Virus record (IMG/VR): IMGVR_UViG_3300019999_000002
Span: 1-55,664 of that record
DNA: 55,664 bases
Reading direction: 5' to 3' (one strand)
Origin: a virus
Taxonomy: Duplodnaviria; Caudoviricetes
Of this stretch, positions 36,081-45,085 are shown one piece after another. The notes beneath the pieces were generated by a model. That model made no database searches. It saw nothing but the letters and a program-made list of their open reading frames with translations, and was not told where the DNA came from. How positions within the stretch are numbered: the stretch's first letter is position 1; each line of letters starts with the position of its first letter. Made by a program: the position numbers and the translations under genes.

Positions 36081-37592
36081 TTAATCTTCGGGGGGGAGTT
36101 GGAAGGCTCCCGGGCCGTTGTACTCCCCGCATTCCTGGCAGTAGGCAAGCAGGGATTGGTAGTCACTTGCCGAGATCGGCGCGTTCGGCGCGGTGTTGGT
36201 CAGGGGTGTGCGCACATAAGGCTGCGGTTCGCCCAGGCCGAGGATGAGACGTTCGATTTCGGGATAGACAGTCTTTTCAGCGAAGTTATATTCGCCGAGC
36301 CAATAGCCCATGTTTTTCTTGTCGTTGTTCAGCGTGCATTGCTGGCCGGTGTTGGGGTCGGTGGTGATAATAACATCGGGCGATTTCCATCCCCATTTGC
36401 CCATGAAACTTCGGGCCATGCCGAACTTCATTTCATCGTTCACGCTCTGGATGTCGCCGACGAACACTTCGCGGGCATCGCGGTTGTAAACGTGATAAAG
36501 GCGAATCGGGGCCTTCTTCCACGCTTGGGAATAAATGGGTTTGATACCGAACGTTGCGGCCACGTTTTCGTACGGCCACACTTGCTGAATCCAGACTGCG
36601 CCAGCCAAAGTGCCCCCGGTCGGGGTTTTGCCGTCGAGATCGCCGCGAAAGCGGAATCGCATTTGCTGCTTGTCCTCTTTGAACAGCCAATCACCGCAGC
36701 CACCATTGAAACCGTAGCCGAAGAAGCTGCCGCCTTTGGCGAAGTCCGCGCTGGTGTACATGTGCGTGAGCGCCGGGTTGGCGACGAGCAATCGCCGGCG
36801 AGTCGTCGCATCCACCGTCATTGAAAACTTGCCTTCAACCAGCCAGTCGCGGTCGTGATAACCGTTCGCGGCCAGGTCCTCCTGCTGATTCTGGAGATAT
36901 TCCATCGTCAACTGGCCGAGCGCGGCAGCCAGCAAGGCGGTCGTACCGTAACCAAGCAGGCCGAGACCGTTGTTGGCATTCAGGTTGATGTAGAGCGAAT
37001 TCGCCGTGGTGCCAGGCGTGGCAGTCGAAGGCGCAACGAGAAACATGTTTTCCGTCACGTCAATTGCGACGGGGTTGCCCGAACTGTCGGCCACGCCCGA
37101 GAGCCATAGGCCGGCGCCCTGCGCCTGCGTGCCAGCTTTGCGGAGCGTGAGCAGCCTCAGGAAGTCCGAGGAAATGTCCTCGGGCATATCTTGGTAGCCT
37201 TGAGCAATCGCAGCCATCTTGGCAATGCCTTCCTCGATGGTGTTCAGTTGGTCCAAACAGAAAACGGGTGTTTGATATTCCCGGCTGTAACGGTCATATC
37301 GAAGCTGGTCCACGCCATGACAGACGTATTGCCGGACCTGGGTGCATGGAGCGCCGATACAAGGATCGGCGGTAAATTGGTTCCACAAGCTCGGATCATT
37401 GGGCCGACTGACATACACGCGCTCATGCAGGTGGGTCGTGCCTTCGAATGTCGGGAATGGCGAGGTCTTGTACATCGCCGTGTAAATGTACGAATGGGGC
37501 TTGCGATCCTTGGCGATGCGCTTGTCCCAGTCATAGGGGCGACGACCAAGGTAATCGTTGAACTTTCCGCAGTCTGCTGAACTTAGGGCCAT
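36081..37592 (-). CDS. Probable major capsid protein
   Basis: 503 aa with strongly C-ending codons suggesting high expression. Long A-rich leader, followed by a strong hairpin and small structural genes. No better candidate in the genome. Confidence 0.7.
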   Translation of the reverse strand: MALSSADCGKFNDYLGRRPYDWDKRIAKDRKPHSYIYTAMYKTSPFPTFEGTTHLHERVYVSRPNDPSLWNQFTADPCIGAPCTQVRQYVCHGVDQLRYDRYSREYQTPVFCLDQLNTIEEGIAKMAAIAQGYQDMPEDISSDFLRLLTLRKAGTQAQGAGLWLSGVADSSGNPVAIDVTENMFLVAPSTATPGTTANSLYINLNANNGLGLLGYGTTALLAAALGQLTMEYLQNQQEDLAANGYHDRDWLVEGKFSMTVDATTRRRLLVANPALTHMYTSADFAKGGSFFGYGFNGGCGDWLFKEDKQQMRFRFRGDLDGKTPTGGTLAGAVWIQQVWPYENVAATFGIKPIYSQAWKKAPIRLYHVYNRDAREVFVGDIQSVNDEMKFGMARSFMGKWGWKSPDVIITTDPNTGQQCTLNNDKKNMGYWLGEYNFAEKTVYPEIERLILGLGEPQPYVRTPLTNTAPNAPISASDYQSLLAYCQECGEYNGPGAFQLPPED

Positions 37593-37759
37593 AAATTAAA
37601 AGTGGTTGTGTGTTTCGTCGGGAACAATTCGAGGGGCGAATCTCGCTACGCTGCTATTCTCTGGCGGGGGACGAACCGCTTTACGTCCGCTGCGCTTGTG
37701 GGGCGCTTGATGACCAACAATGGACAACTACGCTTTATGCGTAATTTATGCTTGCTTTG

Positions 37760-37788
37760 TTTTGTGACGAATGGGAACAATCACAAAA
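37760..37788. promoter_or_regulatory. Inverted-repeat operator candidate
   Basis: TTTTGTGA-N13-TCACAAAA abutting the HTH start codon. Confidence 0.5.
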
Positions 37789-37967
37789 TGTTGCTGGCTG
37801 AACGAATCAGAGTATGGAAAGGAAAACTCTCGTTGAAAGAGGCAGCATCAAAATTGGACATTGATTATCCAACACTGAGGAAGTACGCGAGCGGGAAACG
37901 GAATCCTTGTAAACTTGCCGCCGCCGAACTCGAACGCCGCATGTCTCAACACCAGAACGGGCAATGA
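37788..37967 (+). CDS. Cro/XRE-like HTH protein
   Basis: LSLKEAASKLDIDYPTLRKYASGKRNP. Confidence 0.8.
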   Translation: MLLAERIRVWKGKLSLKEAASKLDIDYPTLRKYASGKRNPCKLAAAELERRMSQHQNGQ

Positions 37968-38188
37968 AACCGCCGCTCGTAAAAGTCAAAATTCCCACTG
38001 CTCCGAAATCCATGCGGCGTAAATTTGAGAAGATTCTGGAGGATGAGTTCAGCAGATTCCTGCGAGAACGGCCCAAGCGATGGGTGCGGATTATTAGAAA
38101 AGAGAATCTTAGAATTCGCAAGCAGCGAGGGGAACATCCACACCATGCAACATGGCCAGTGGTTCGAGTTATTAAACGACTACCATGA
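37964..38188 (+). CDS. Basic hypothetical protein
   Basis: ATGA-coupled on both sides. Confidence 0.55.
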   Translation: MKPPLVKVKIPTAPKSMRRKFEKILEDEFSRFLRERPKRWVRIIRKENLRIRKQRGEHPHHATWPVVRVIKRLP

Positions 38189-39489
38189 GCGACTACCTTC
38201 TGCTTGGCCGCAACGGTGATCTGATTTCCGCTCTACCCTTTCTCAAAGCAGAAGCCGATGCCGACACGAAGCCGAACCTCGTTTGCTCCAATCAGCACAG
38301 CCAGCTTTTTGATGGCGTGAGTTACGTCAATGCCGTGCCGTTCGACGGGGGTGTTCACATGCTGCGCGAAGGCTTCGAGTTTGCGAAGTCTAAATTCTCC
38401 GCAGTAAAATCCCTGCAAGTCATCGGTAACACGAAGGACGTTGAGGAAATCACTTATCGCCCCGCCGGCCAAACTTCGGCGCGGATGACTTCCTTTGTAA
38501 AGGAGATTTGGAAGCTGGCTGGTAAAATGCCGTTGTGGGATGACGTGCTGCCACTGGTATTTGACAGGCGAGATAAAGAACGTGAATCCAAGCTGATTCA
38601 ATCGGTCGAACTTGGCCGAGAAGGCAAATGGAAAAAGCCGCTCATGCTGGTTTCGATTGAAGGCCATACCAGCCCATTTTCTTACGCAAAAATACTTCGC
38701 AAAGTTTTGCAATTGGCCTTTGGCCATAAATTCACCGTACTGGAACTGCCGAAGGCTGAACGCATATATGATCTCCTGGGCCTTTACGAACTCGCGTCGG
38801 TGCTAATCGCAGTTGACAGCGCCCCACTGCATCTCGCCAGGGCGTGTCCCTCGCTGCCCGTGATCGCGCTCACAAATGACAAACCAATGCTCTGGAATGG
38901 CAGCAGCCCGCAGCCGAACCACATTTTTTATTGCCGCTATTCCGACTTCCCGAATCGCATTGATGAAATGCTGGCTGTGATTCAGAGCTATAAACACTGG
39001 CCGACTCAGGCATTGAATGGAGACGCTGTTTTAGTCTGGAACGCCTACGACGGAGGATTCCCAAAATTGTTGGGCAATCTGTTTGTGGCCACGCCGGTTT
39101 ATCCGGGGATGATGGGCAAGGACAGCGTGACCGTGCTGCGCGACGAAAAGCGCATTCCCTATCTCAAAGATTCTATCCGATTGGGGATGCAGCGGGCAAA
39201 GGATTCAACTCATGTCGCCATTTGCCGAAGTGACGTGGTTTTCTCTGAGGGAGCAGTTCAACGATCCAAGGCCCATCACGCTTCCTATGCTTATGCCATA
39301 AAGGATGGAATGTTCTTGCCGGTCTGTGACTTTTTTTGCGCCAGAAAATCATTTTGGAAGTCTGTGCTGGACCAAATTCCCGATTTACTTTTAGGCACAG
39401 ACATCTACTGGCCGCAGGCGCTCTGGAATATCTTTCATGGGCGCGGGGCATCGGATATAACCGGCATCGTCACGAGGGAAGCGAAATGA
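38185..39489 (+). CDS. GT9-like (heptosyltransferase-type, GT-B) glycosyltransferase with an extra C-terminal domain
   Basis: GRNGDLISALP at the N-terminus; IAVDSAPLHLARA motif. Confidence 0.8.
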   Translation: MSDYLLLGRNGDLISALPFLKAEADADTKPNLVCSNQHSQLFDGVSYVNAVPFDGGVHMLREGFEFAKSKFSAVKSLQVIGNTKDVEEITYRPAGQTSARMTSFVKEIWKLAGKMPLWDDVLPLVFDRRDKERESKLIQSVELGREGKWKKPLMLVSIEGHTSPFSYAKILRKVLQLAFGHKFTVLELPKAERIYDLLGLYELASVLIAVDSAPLHLARACPSLPVIALTNDKPMLWNGSSPQPNHIFYCRYSDFPNRIDEMLAVIQSYKHWPTQALNGDAVLVWNAYDGGFPKLLGNLFVATPVYPGMMGKDSVTVLRDEKRIPYLKDSIRLGMQRAKDSTHVAICRSDVVFSEGAVQRSKAHHASYAYAIKDGMFLPVCDFFCARKSFWKSVLDQIPDLLLGTDIYWPQALWNIFHGRGASDITGIVTREAK

Positions 39490-39698
39490 ATTCTACTAAC
39501 GAGTTTAGAGATGCAGTCTGCTATAAAAAAAAGGATGGATCGTTCGCTATATTTGATTCATTAGACGCAATCTCAGAATCGCAAAGACAAACCCTTACTG
39601 GAGAATATCAACTTGTGAAAGTAAGTTGGAACAACGGCCAACCCCTCGTTAGTTACGGATATTCAAAAATCTCCATTGTTGATATTGATAAACGATGA
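39486..39698 (+). CDS. Small AT-rich hypothetical protein
   Basis: MNSTNEF; ATGA overlap with the GT9 stop. Confidence 0.5.
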   Translation: MNSTNEFRDAVCYKKKDGSFAIFDSLDAISESQRQTLTGEYQLVKVSWNNGQPLVSYGYSKISIVDIDKR

Positions 39699-39744
39699 TC
39701 CCCGACCATCTTCCTCGGTTAATGCCTGTTTATCTTTTGCTGAA

Positions 39745-40692
39745 ATGATTGACATCCCCGCAGAACCGCCGCGCCTGCGTCATAACCGGGAATTGCTTGC
39801 CGCGATGAAGCCGATGGAATCTCGCTATCCCCAGGCGGCAGATCAGGTCGAACGCATCCCGCTGGACACTTCCAAGCTTCCCCCCTTTGCCTACAATCCA
39901 TCCATCGCCCGCATCAATGGCAAAACATGGATGAGTTTCCGCTACCACTTCGGCGCCGATTACCGGACCCGAATTGCCATGTCTCAGATCGTTGACGGCA
40001 TAGCGCAATCGCCGCAAGACCTGCCGATGACCGGCTACAGCCTTGAAGATGCGCGGCTGTTCACCTTTCACGGAGAGACATGGATTTCGTGGGTTGAATC
40101 TAACTTTGAAGGCCAGGCTTCTCCGAAATCAATCGTCAAATATGCCCAGCTTGAGCATGGCTTCAAACTCGGCCGCATTTATCAAGTGAAAGCCGGGGAC
40201 AACGATTTCTCGGGAATGCAGAAAAACTGGTGCTTCTTCGAGTCCGACGAGAATCTTTTTTGTGTCTATCGCTCGGAACCCGATTACTGCGTGTTCCAGA
40301 TTCAGGGAGATACCGTCATCAACGAATACAAAACGCTTTCGAGGCGCTGGCCTTACGGCCCTATCCGAGGCGGTAACATCGTTGGGTATGGAGATAAGTT
40401 GCTGCGGTTTTTCCATTCGCGAACAGAATTCGGATCGACCAAGCGCGAGACCCGTTACTATGTCGGCGCGGCCTTGATGGAACGCGTACCGCCCTTCTCC
40501 GTTCTTAAAGTCAGTCAGAGACCAATCATCTACGGCTCGGAACTTCCGAAATACGACTGCTTCCATTTCAAGCCTGGAGTTGTGTTTCCAACTGGAGCAC
40601 TGAACGATGCGCGAGGATGGATTGTGTCTGTTGGGATTAACGATGCGGCATGTCATCTTATTCGAGCATGGGAAAATGATTTGAATTTGTGA
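39745..40692 (+). CDS. GH130-like five-bladed propeller glycosidase/phosphorylase
   Basis: YNPSI...FR, EDARLF, QKNWCFF, FFH...YYVGA, VVFPTG...VSVGIND. Confidence 0.75.
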   Translation: MIDIPAEPPRLRHNRELLAAMKPMESRYPQAADQVERIPLDTSKLPPFAYNPSIARINGKTWMSFRYHFGADYRTRIAMSQIVDGIAQSPQDLPMTGYSLEDARLFTFHGETWISWVESNFEGQASPKSIVKYAQLEHGFKLGRIYQVKAGDNDFSGMQKNWCFFESDENLFCVYRSEPDYCVFQIQGDTVINEYKTLSRRWPYGPIRGGNIVGYGDKLLRFFHSRTEFGSTKRETRYYVGAALMERVPPFSVLKVSQRPIIYGSELPKYDCFHFKPGVVFPTGALNDARGWIVSVGINDAACHLIRAWENDLNL

Positions 40693-41372
40693 TCGAACAA
40701 TTCCTCAACTATGGGAATCTTCGGCTGCTGAATCTGCCTGGCGGAAAAGGGGTTTACGATGAAGTGCTGGTTGAGGACTGCTACCACAAAGACAGGATTC
40801 CCCAAGGCTCAATCGTCATTGATGTCGGCGGCTACTACGGCGAGTTTGGAATCTGGTGCGCCGTAAACAAAGGTTGCAGGGTCAGGATGTTTGAGCCGTC
40901 TCCTGTTTGGATCATAGCCCGGTTCAACGCTGAATTGAATAACGCTAAAATTGGAATCCATCACGTTGCCATTGCTAAAAACGAAGGGACGCGAGATTTC
41001 AGACATGTCCCCACCAGCCCGGTAAATTCAAGTTTGGACGTAGTTAGGGAGAGCACAACCTGCTTTGACTCACTTCACACGGTATTATCGAAAGTGGAGT
41101 GCTTTACTCTCGGAACTCAAATTTCAGGAATGCAAAGCGTCTTTGGAAACCATCTTCCTGTGTGCGTGAAGCTGGACTGCGAAGGCGGAGAGCAAGAGAT
41201 ATTCGATGACGAATCCTGGCTCGACAAAACGAGCATCGTTATGCTTGAGTTCCACTACAAAGACGGGCCTAGATACATGGACGCTTTGAAACGTCACGGA
41301 TTCAAGGTTGAGACCACCGACCCAAACCCGGAGGCGTGGCGGGCGATAATTTATGCAACCAAACTCGGTTAA
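40689..41372 (+). CDS. FkbM-family SAM methyltransferase
   Basis: VIDVGGYYGEF, FEP, VKLDCEGGE, MLEFH. Confidence 0.88.
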   Translation: MIEQFLNYGNLRLLNLPGGKGVYDEVLVEDCYHKDRIPQGSIVIDVGGYYGEFGIWCAVNKGCRVRMFEPSPVWIIARFNAELNNAKIGIHHVAIAKNEGTRDFRHVPTSPVNSSLDVVRESTTCFDSLHTVLSKVECFTLGTQISGMQSVFGNHLPVCVKLDCEGGEQEIFDDESWLDKTSIVMLEFHYKDGPRYMDALKRHGFKVETTDPNPEAWRAIIYATKLG

Positions 41373-41375
41373 TTT

Positions 41376-41978
41376 ATGAACAATATCGTAAACGGCGTTG
41401 ACTACGCAAAGATTGGTCCGGACCCAGTCCGCGTAGGCGCGGGAGGAAACTCGCCATTGAAACGGATGCTGGACCATCCCGATCACGGGCAATCAATTAT
41501 TGCCGAGGTCATTCGCCGAGAACGCCCAAGAGTAATGATCGAAACTGGAGTCGAGAGCGGGTATAGTAGCGAGCATTACTTGGTGGCGATGGATAGCGTG
41601 GCAAATGGACATCTCTTTTCGTGCGACCCAACTCCCAGTGGATTCTACGAAGCTTACCCCATCGTTCATCCGCGATTCACGTTCATCAGGAAGCGCAGTC
41701 AGGATGCGCTGGACGATATATTCCGTCGGACGGGGCCGATTGATATTTTCTTACATGACAGTAATCACGATTGGGAGACACAGACCTGGGAATATCATTG
41801 GGCATGGGCTAACGTCCGTTCAGGTGGAATTATTGCCAGCGATGACACCAAATGGGGAATAACAATTCCTGGAGTTGGATCGCTTTCTCATGGTGCTTGG
41901 GACTTCTTCCTGCATAGGCACGGTATTTTTGGAAAGGATCAGCCAGCCAACAACTTCCGATGGGTGCGGAAACCATGA
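41376..41978 (+). CDS. Class I SAM methyltransferase (Methyltransf_24-like)
   Basis: IETGVESGYSS, IDIFLHDSNH, GGIIASDD. Confidence 0.88.
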   Translation: MNNIVNGVDYAKIGPDPVRVGAGGNSPLKRMLDHPDHGQSIIAEVIRRERPRVMIETGVESGYSSEHYLVAMDSVANGHLFSCDPTPSGFYEAYPIVHPRFTFIRKRSQDALDDIFRRTGPIDIFLHDSNHDWETQTWEYHWAWANVRSGGIIASDDTKWGITIPGVGSLSHGAWDFFLHRHGIFGKDQPANNFRWVRKP

Positions 41979-42625
41979 TCCAAATTGGCAAATACAAAAT
42001 CCGTGCCTTCGTGATGATCGTCCCGGAGTTCCCGGAGAAAACCGAGGCCATCCAGAAGCATCTTCGCAGCGTCGGCATCGAGGCTGAGGAATTCCCATGC
42101 ATCTGCGCTTACGACAAACTGGTTGCTCCTGCCGAGTTAGTGTCGGGCCTGACCACTCTCAATACTTACGAAGTGGACGCTCCGGGAAGCGGTTATAGGA
42201 TCGGGCCAAAGGGAACAGCCCTTTGCGTGAGCTTCCTGATGTTCTGGACAGCAGCAATGTTCATGGCGGAGGAGTATTTCTGGTTCATTGAATGGGATGC
42301 ATTATTTCATCCCGATTGGCGAAAGCGAACCGAGCAGGCACTAAAGGACGTTCCGCCCGATTTCGATTTCTTGTTTCTGGGATCGTGTTGCACCAAAGAT
42401 AAGCCGACAAAGCACATCAAAGGCGAAGTGTTCGAGGTAAAATATCCGATGTGCAATCATTCTCAGATCATCGCCAAGAAAGCCATGCCGACCCTCCTGC
42501 GGACCCAGCGCAAGATTTATGCGCCTGCCGATATCAGTTTGGCGGTTTGTGCATTTCCTCATCTTAAAATTTACACTATGCTCCCTAGATGTTGCGATCA
42601 GAGTAATACTATAATTCCTCCATGA
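41975..42625 (+). CDS. GT25-like glycosyltransferase
   Basis: IGPKGTALCVSF, FIEWDA (ExD), PPDFDFLFLG, PMCNHSQII, PADI. Confidence 0.75.
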   Translation: MIQIGKYKIRAFVMIVPEFPEKTEAIQKHLRSVGIEAEEFPCICAYDKLVAPAELVSGLTTLNTYEVDAPGSGYRIGPKGTALCVSFLMFWTAAMFMAEEYFWFIEWDALFHPDWRKRTEQALKDVPPDFDFLFLGSCCTKDKPTKHIKGEVFEVKYPMCNHSQIIAKKAMPTLLRTQRKIYAPADISLAVCAFPHLKIYTMLPRCCDQSNTIIPP

Positions 42626-43266
42626 ATATTAAACCCGGAGATAGATTCGTAAGGCTTGTTGCGCTGAAAGATGCTGGTGTACAGTCTCAAAAACGTTTAT
42701 GGCTTTGCAAATGTGATTGCGGGCAAGAAAAAGTTGTTCGTGCCGCAAGCCTCATTAGCAAAAACACCACTTCATGCGGATGCTATAGCCGCGAGATTTC
42801 CTCCAGGAATGGGAAAAGAAAAACGACACACGGCATTTCTAAAGAGCCTGTGTTTTCAAGTTGGAACAACATGCGTGAAAGATGCTACAATCCAAAGCAC
42901 GACCATTATAACCGCTATGGAGGAAGGGGAATTTCCATTTGTGCCTCTTTAAGATCGTCGCCACTAAACCTAAAGGCGTTGCTCGGAGATAGGCCGCCCG
43001 GTAACACGCTGGACAGAATTGACAACTCCTTAAATTATTGTTGTGGGAAATGTTCGGAATGTTTGGAACATAACTGGCCACTGAACGTTCGCTGGGCAAC
43101 GTGGACACAACAACAAAGAAACAAGAACAACAATCGGCAGGTTTGTATAAGCGGAATTTTCAAGACCGCTCCAGAATGGGCGGAGATGTACGGCATCAAC
43201 CAAAGCACAATCTATAGCAGGCTGCATCGAGGAAAAACGGGTGCCGCCCTGTTAACACACCCCTAA
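42622..43266 (+). CDS. HNH homing endonuclease
   Basis: WLCKCDCG...SCGC...THG...WNNMRERC...YGGRGI...TLDRIDN...NVRWAT..QQ. Confidence 0.88.
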   Translation: MNIKPGDRFVRLVALKDAGVQSQKRLWLCKCDCGQEKVVRAASLISKNTTSCGCYSREISSRNGKRKTTHGISKEPVFSSWNNMRERCYNPKHDHYNRYGGRGISICASLRSSPLNLKALLGDRPPGNTLDRIDNSLNYCCGKCSECLEHNWPLNVRWATWTQQQRNKNNNRQVCISGIFKTAPEWAEMYGINQSTIYSRLHRGKTGAALLTHP

Positions 43267-43268
43267 TT

Positions 43269-43532
43269 ATGAAAATAACAGATCGAGTAGCTGAAATCCT
43301 CACTCAAAGCGCCGGACCTCTTATCATTGGCCGGTCGCCCAAGTCCAATCTGCCATTCGTTCAGGTCGAGCAATGGGTGCCGACCGGCCCCGATGGCAAT
43401 TCAATGCTCTGCAAGCATCAGGCAGAGAACGAATCGCTATCCGCGTGCCTGGACCAAATCTCGCACCAGATGGCCCACGCGACTATCCTCAAATCCGAGA
43501 ACCTGATTGCACTGCCGAAGAACGGACGATGA
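43269..43532 (+). CDS. Hypothetical protein
   Basis: AATTATG start; coupled to the next gene. Confidence 0.6.
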   Translation: MKITDRVAEILTQSAGPLIIGRSPKSNLPFVQVEQWVPTGPDGNSMLCKHQAENESLSACLDQISHQMAHATILKSENLIALPKNGR

Positions 43533-43789
43533 CCACACCCCGAGAACATTTCCTGCGCCAGAAAGAACTCGTCAAATGGTGGGTTTCGATTGTGAGCGAT
43601 CCGCGCTTTGATGACGTGACACTTCATGCTCGAAGCGAGTTCGCTGTAATGGAGCCTTCTTCTGCCGAACTTCACGGTGCTCACGGAATGCTCGCCATGC
43701 TGCACTCTTTGGCCGAAGCCGAAGAACAGCCAGCGTCATTCCCAACGCCAGGACTTCACCACGACCTTGACGACATCGGTAAACTTTAA
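43529..43789 (+). CDS. Hypothetical protein preceding the scaffold
   Basis: MTTPREHF start by ATGA overlap. Confidence 0.6.
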   Translation: MTTPREHFLRQKELVKWWVSIVSDPRFDDVTLHARSEFAVMEPSSAELHGAHGMLAMLHSLAEAEEQPASFPTPGLHHDLDDIGKL

Positions 43790-43801
43790 CCACCCATAAT
43801 T

Positions 43802-45013
43802 ATGCCAGAAACAGCCATTGCACCAGCACCGCCCGCACCGCCAGCCCCTTCACCGGCCCCTGCGCCATCTGTGCCGCGGCCAGCACCGTCCCCAGCACCA
43901 TCACAGCCAGCCTCAGACCCATTCCGCGAGTTGCAGGGCAAGGTTAAGCTCCCTGATGCGCCACCGAAGGAGCCGGCCAAAGAGCCAGGCAAGGAACCTT
44001 CTAAGGATCCGGTTAAAGGCGCGGTGATACCTCCGAAGCCTGCCGCATCCGATCCCTACGCCGGCAAACCGCCCAAGGAATTGCGCCAGCGCCTTGAAAC
44101 TCTGGAAACGGAACTGGCCGGCAAGACCAAGGCTTACACCGATCTCGAAACCAAAATCGCGGAGTACGAGCGCAAGGGCGTGGATACATCAGTCCTGACC
44201 AAACGGCTTGAGGACATGGAAAAGGCGCTCGAAGAACGCGAAGCCAAGATTCGGATGCTCAATGTCGAGGAGACCGAGGATTTCAAGAAAGCGCACATCA
44301 AACCGTTCGAGGAAGCGATGGCCTATGCCAAGCAGGACTTGGCGCACCTGACCATTCTCGACTACGGCGAGGATGAGGGTGGGAACAAGGTCGTTACCGG
44401 ACAGCATCCGGCGACATGGGCGGATTTCGTCAAGCTCTATCGGATGCCGCTGAACCAGGCATTCAAAGAGTCCAAGGAAATGTTCGGAGACGCCTCCGGC
44501 GCTGTCATGGAACACATCCGCTCGATGCAGCGATTGGACAATATCCGCGCCAACGCATTGAACGAGGCAAAGGAGAATGTCGGGAAAGTCCGCGAGCAAG
44601 AGCGGGCGGAGGCGTTAAAGCAGCAGGAACAGGAAAAGACTCGCCGGCAGCAAGCCGGGGAGTTGTTTCGAAAGGTCAATCAAGACCTCGTTGAATCGGT
44701 GGAAGATTATCGTGATGCGCCCGATGAAAAGGAATTGGCCAACTTACGAAACGAGGGCTACAAGCTTTGGGATTGGCGTCCCGAGAGTTTGGACCAACGC
44801 ATCACAAAGGATGCTCACATTCGGCAGATCGTCGGTGCTCATGCCCCTCTGAAGATGAAAGTGCTGCGTCTTGAGAAGAAGCTTGCTGATGCAATGGGTG
44901 AACTCGACGGCTATAAAGAAAAGACCCCTTCACCGAAACGCCCTGGTGGCGGAGATCCACCTGCGGATGATGGTCTGGATTGGGAACAGCGGGCGATCAA
45001 GGATTTGAAATAA
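43802..45013 (+). CDS. Probable capsid scaffolding protein
   Basis: Pro/Ala-rich disordered N-terminus, long Glu/Lys coiled coil, PGGG linker and a short C-terminal helix. Confidence 0.6.
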   Translation: MPETAIAPAPPAPPAPSPAPAPSVPRPAPSPAPSQPASDPFRELQGKVKLPDAPPKEPAKEPGKEPSKDPVKGAVIPPKPAASDPYAGKPPKELRQRLETLETELAGKTKAYTDLETKIAEYERKGVDTSVLTKRLEDMEKALEEREAKIRMLNVEETEDFKKAHIKPFEEAMAYAKQDLAHLTILDYGEDEGGNKVVTGQHPATWADFVKLYRMPLNQAFKESKEMFGDASGAVMEHIRSMQRLDNIRANALNEAKENVGKVREQERAEALKQQEQEKTRRQQAGELFRKVNQDLVESVEDYRDAPDEKELANLRNEGYKLWDWRPESLDQRITKDAHIRQIVGAHAPLKMKVLRLEKKLADAMGELDGYKEKTPSPKRPGGGDPPADDGLDWEQRAIKDLK

Positions 45014-45019
45014 CACTTT

Positions 45020-45083
45020 CTCCCGCCGCAACTATGAATGGCCGCGTCGTCTATAATGGATGACTGACGTGGCGCGGCGGGAG
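45020..45083. terminator. Stem-loop between convergent scaffold and portal genes
   Basis: CTCCCGCCGC/GCGGCGGGAG enclosing GCCGCGTC/GACGTGGC. Confidence 0.55.
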
Positions 45084-45085
45084 GA

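Noticed and set aside
35153-36166. 337-aa minus-strand ORF continuing the capsid operon strand
   Set aside because: Antisense shadow of a motif-complete HNH gene, with atypical Phe/Ser-rich composition.
35952-36824. Long alternative-frame ORFs (also 16672..17526, 20023..20733, 9348..10046)
   Set aside because: They overlap better-supported genes on the opposite strand; expected shadows at this GC content.
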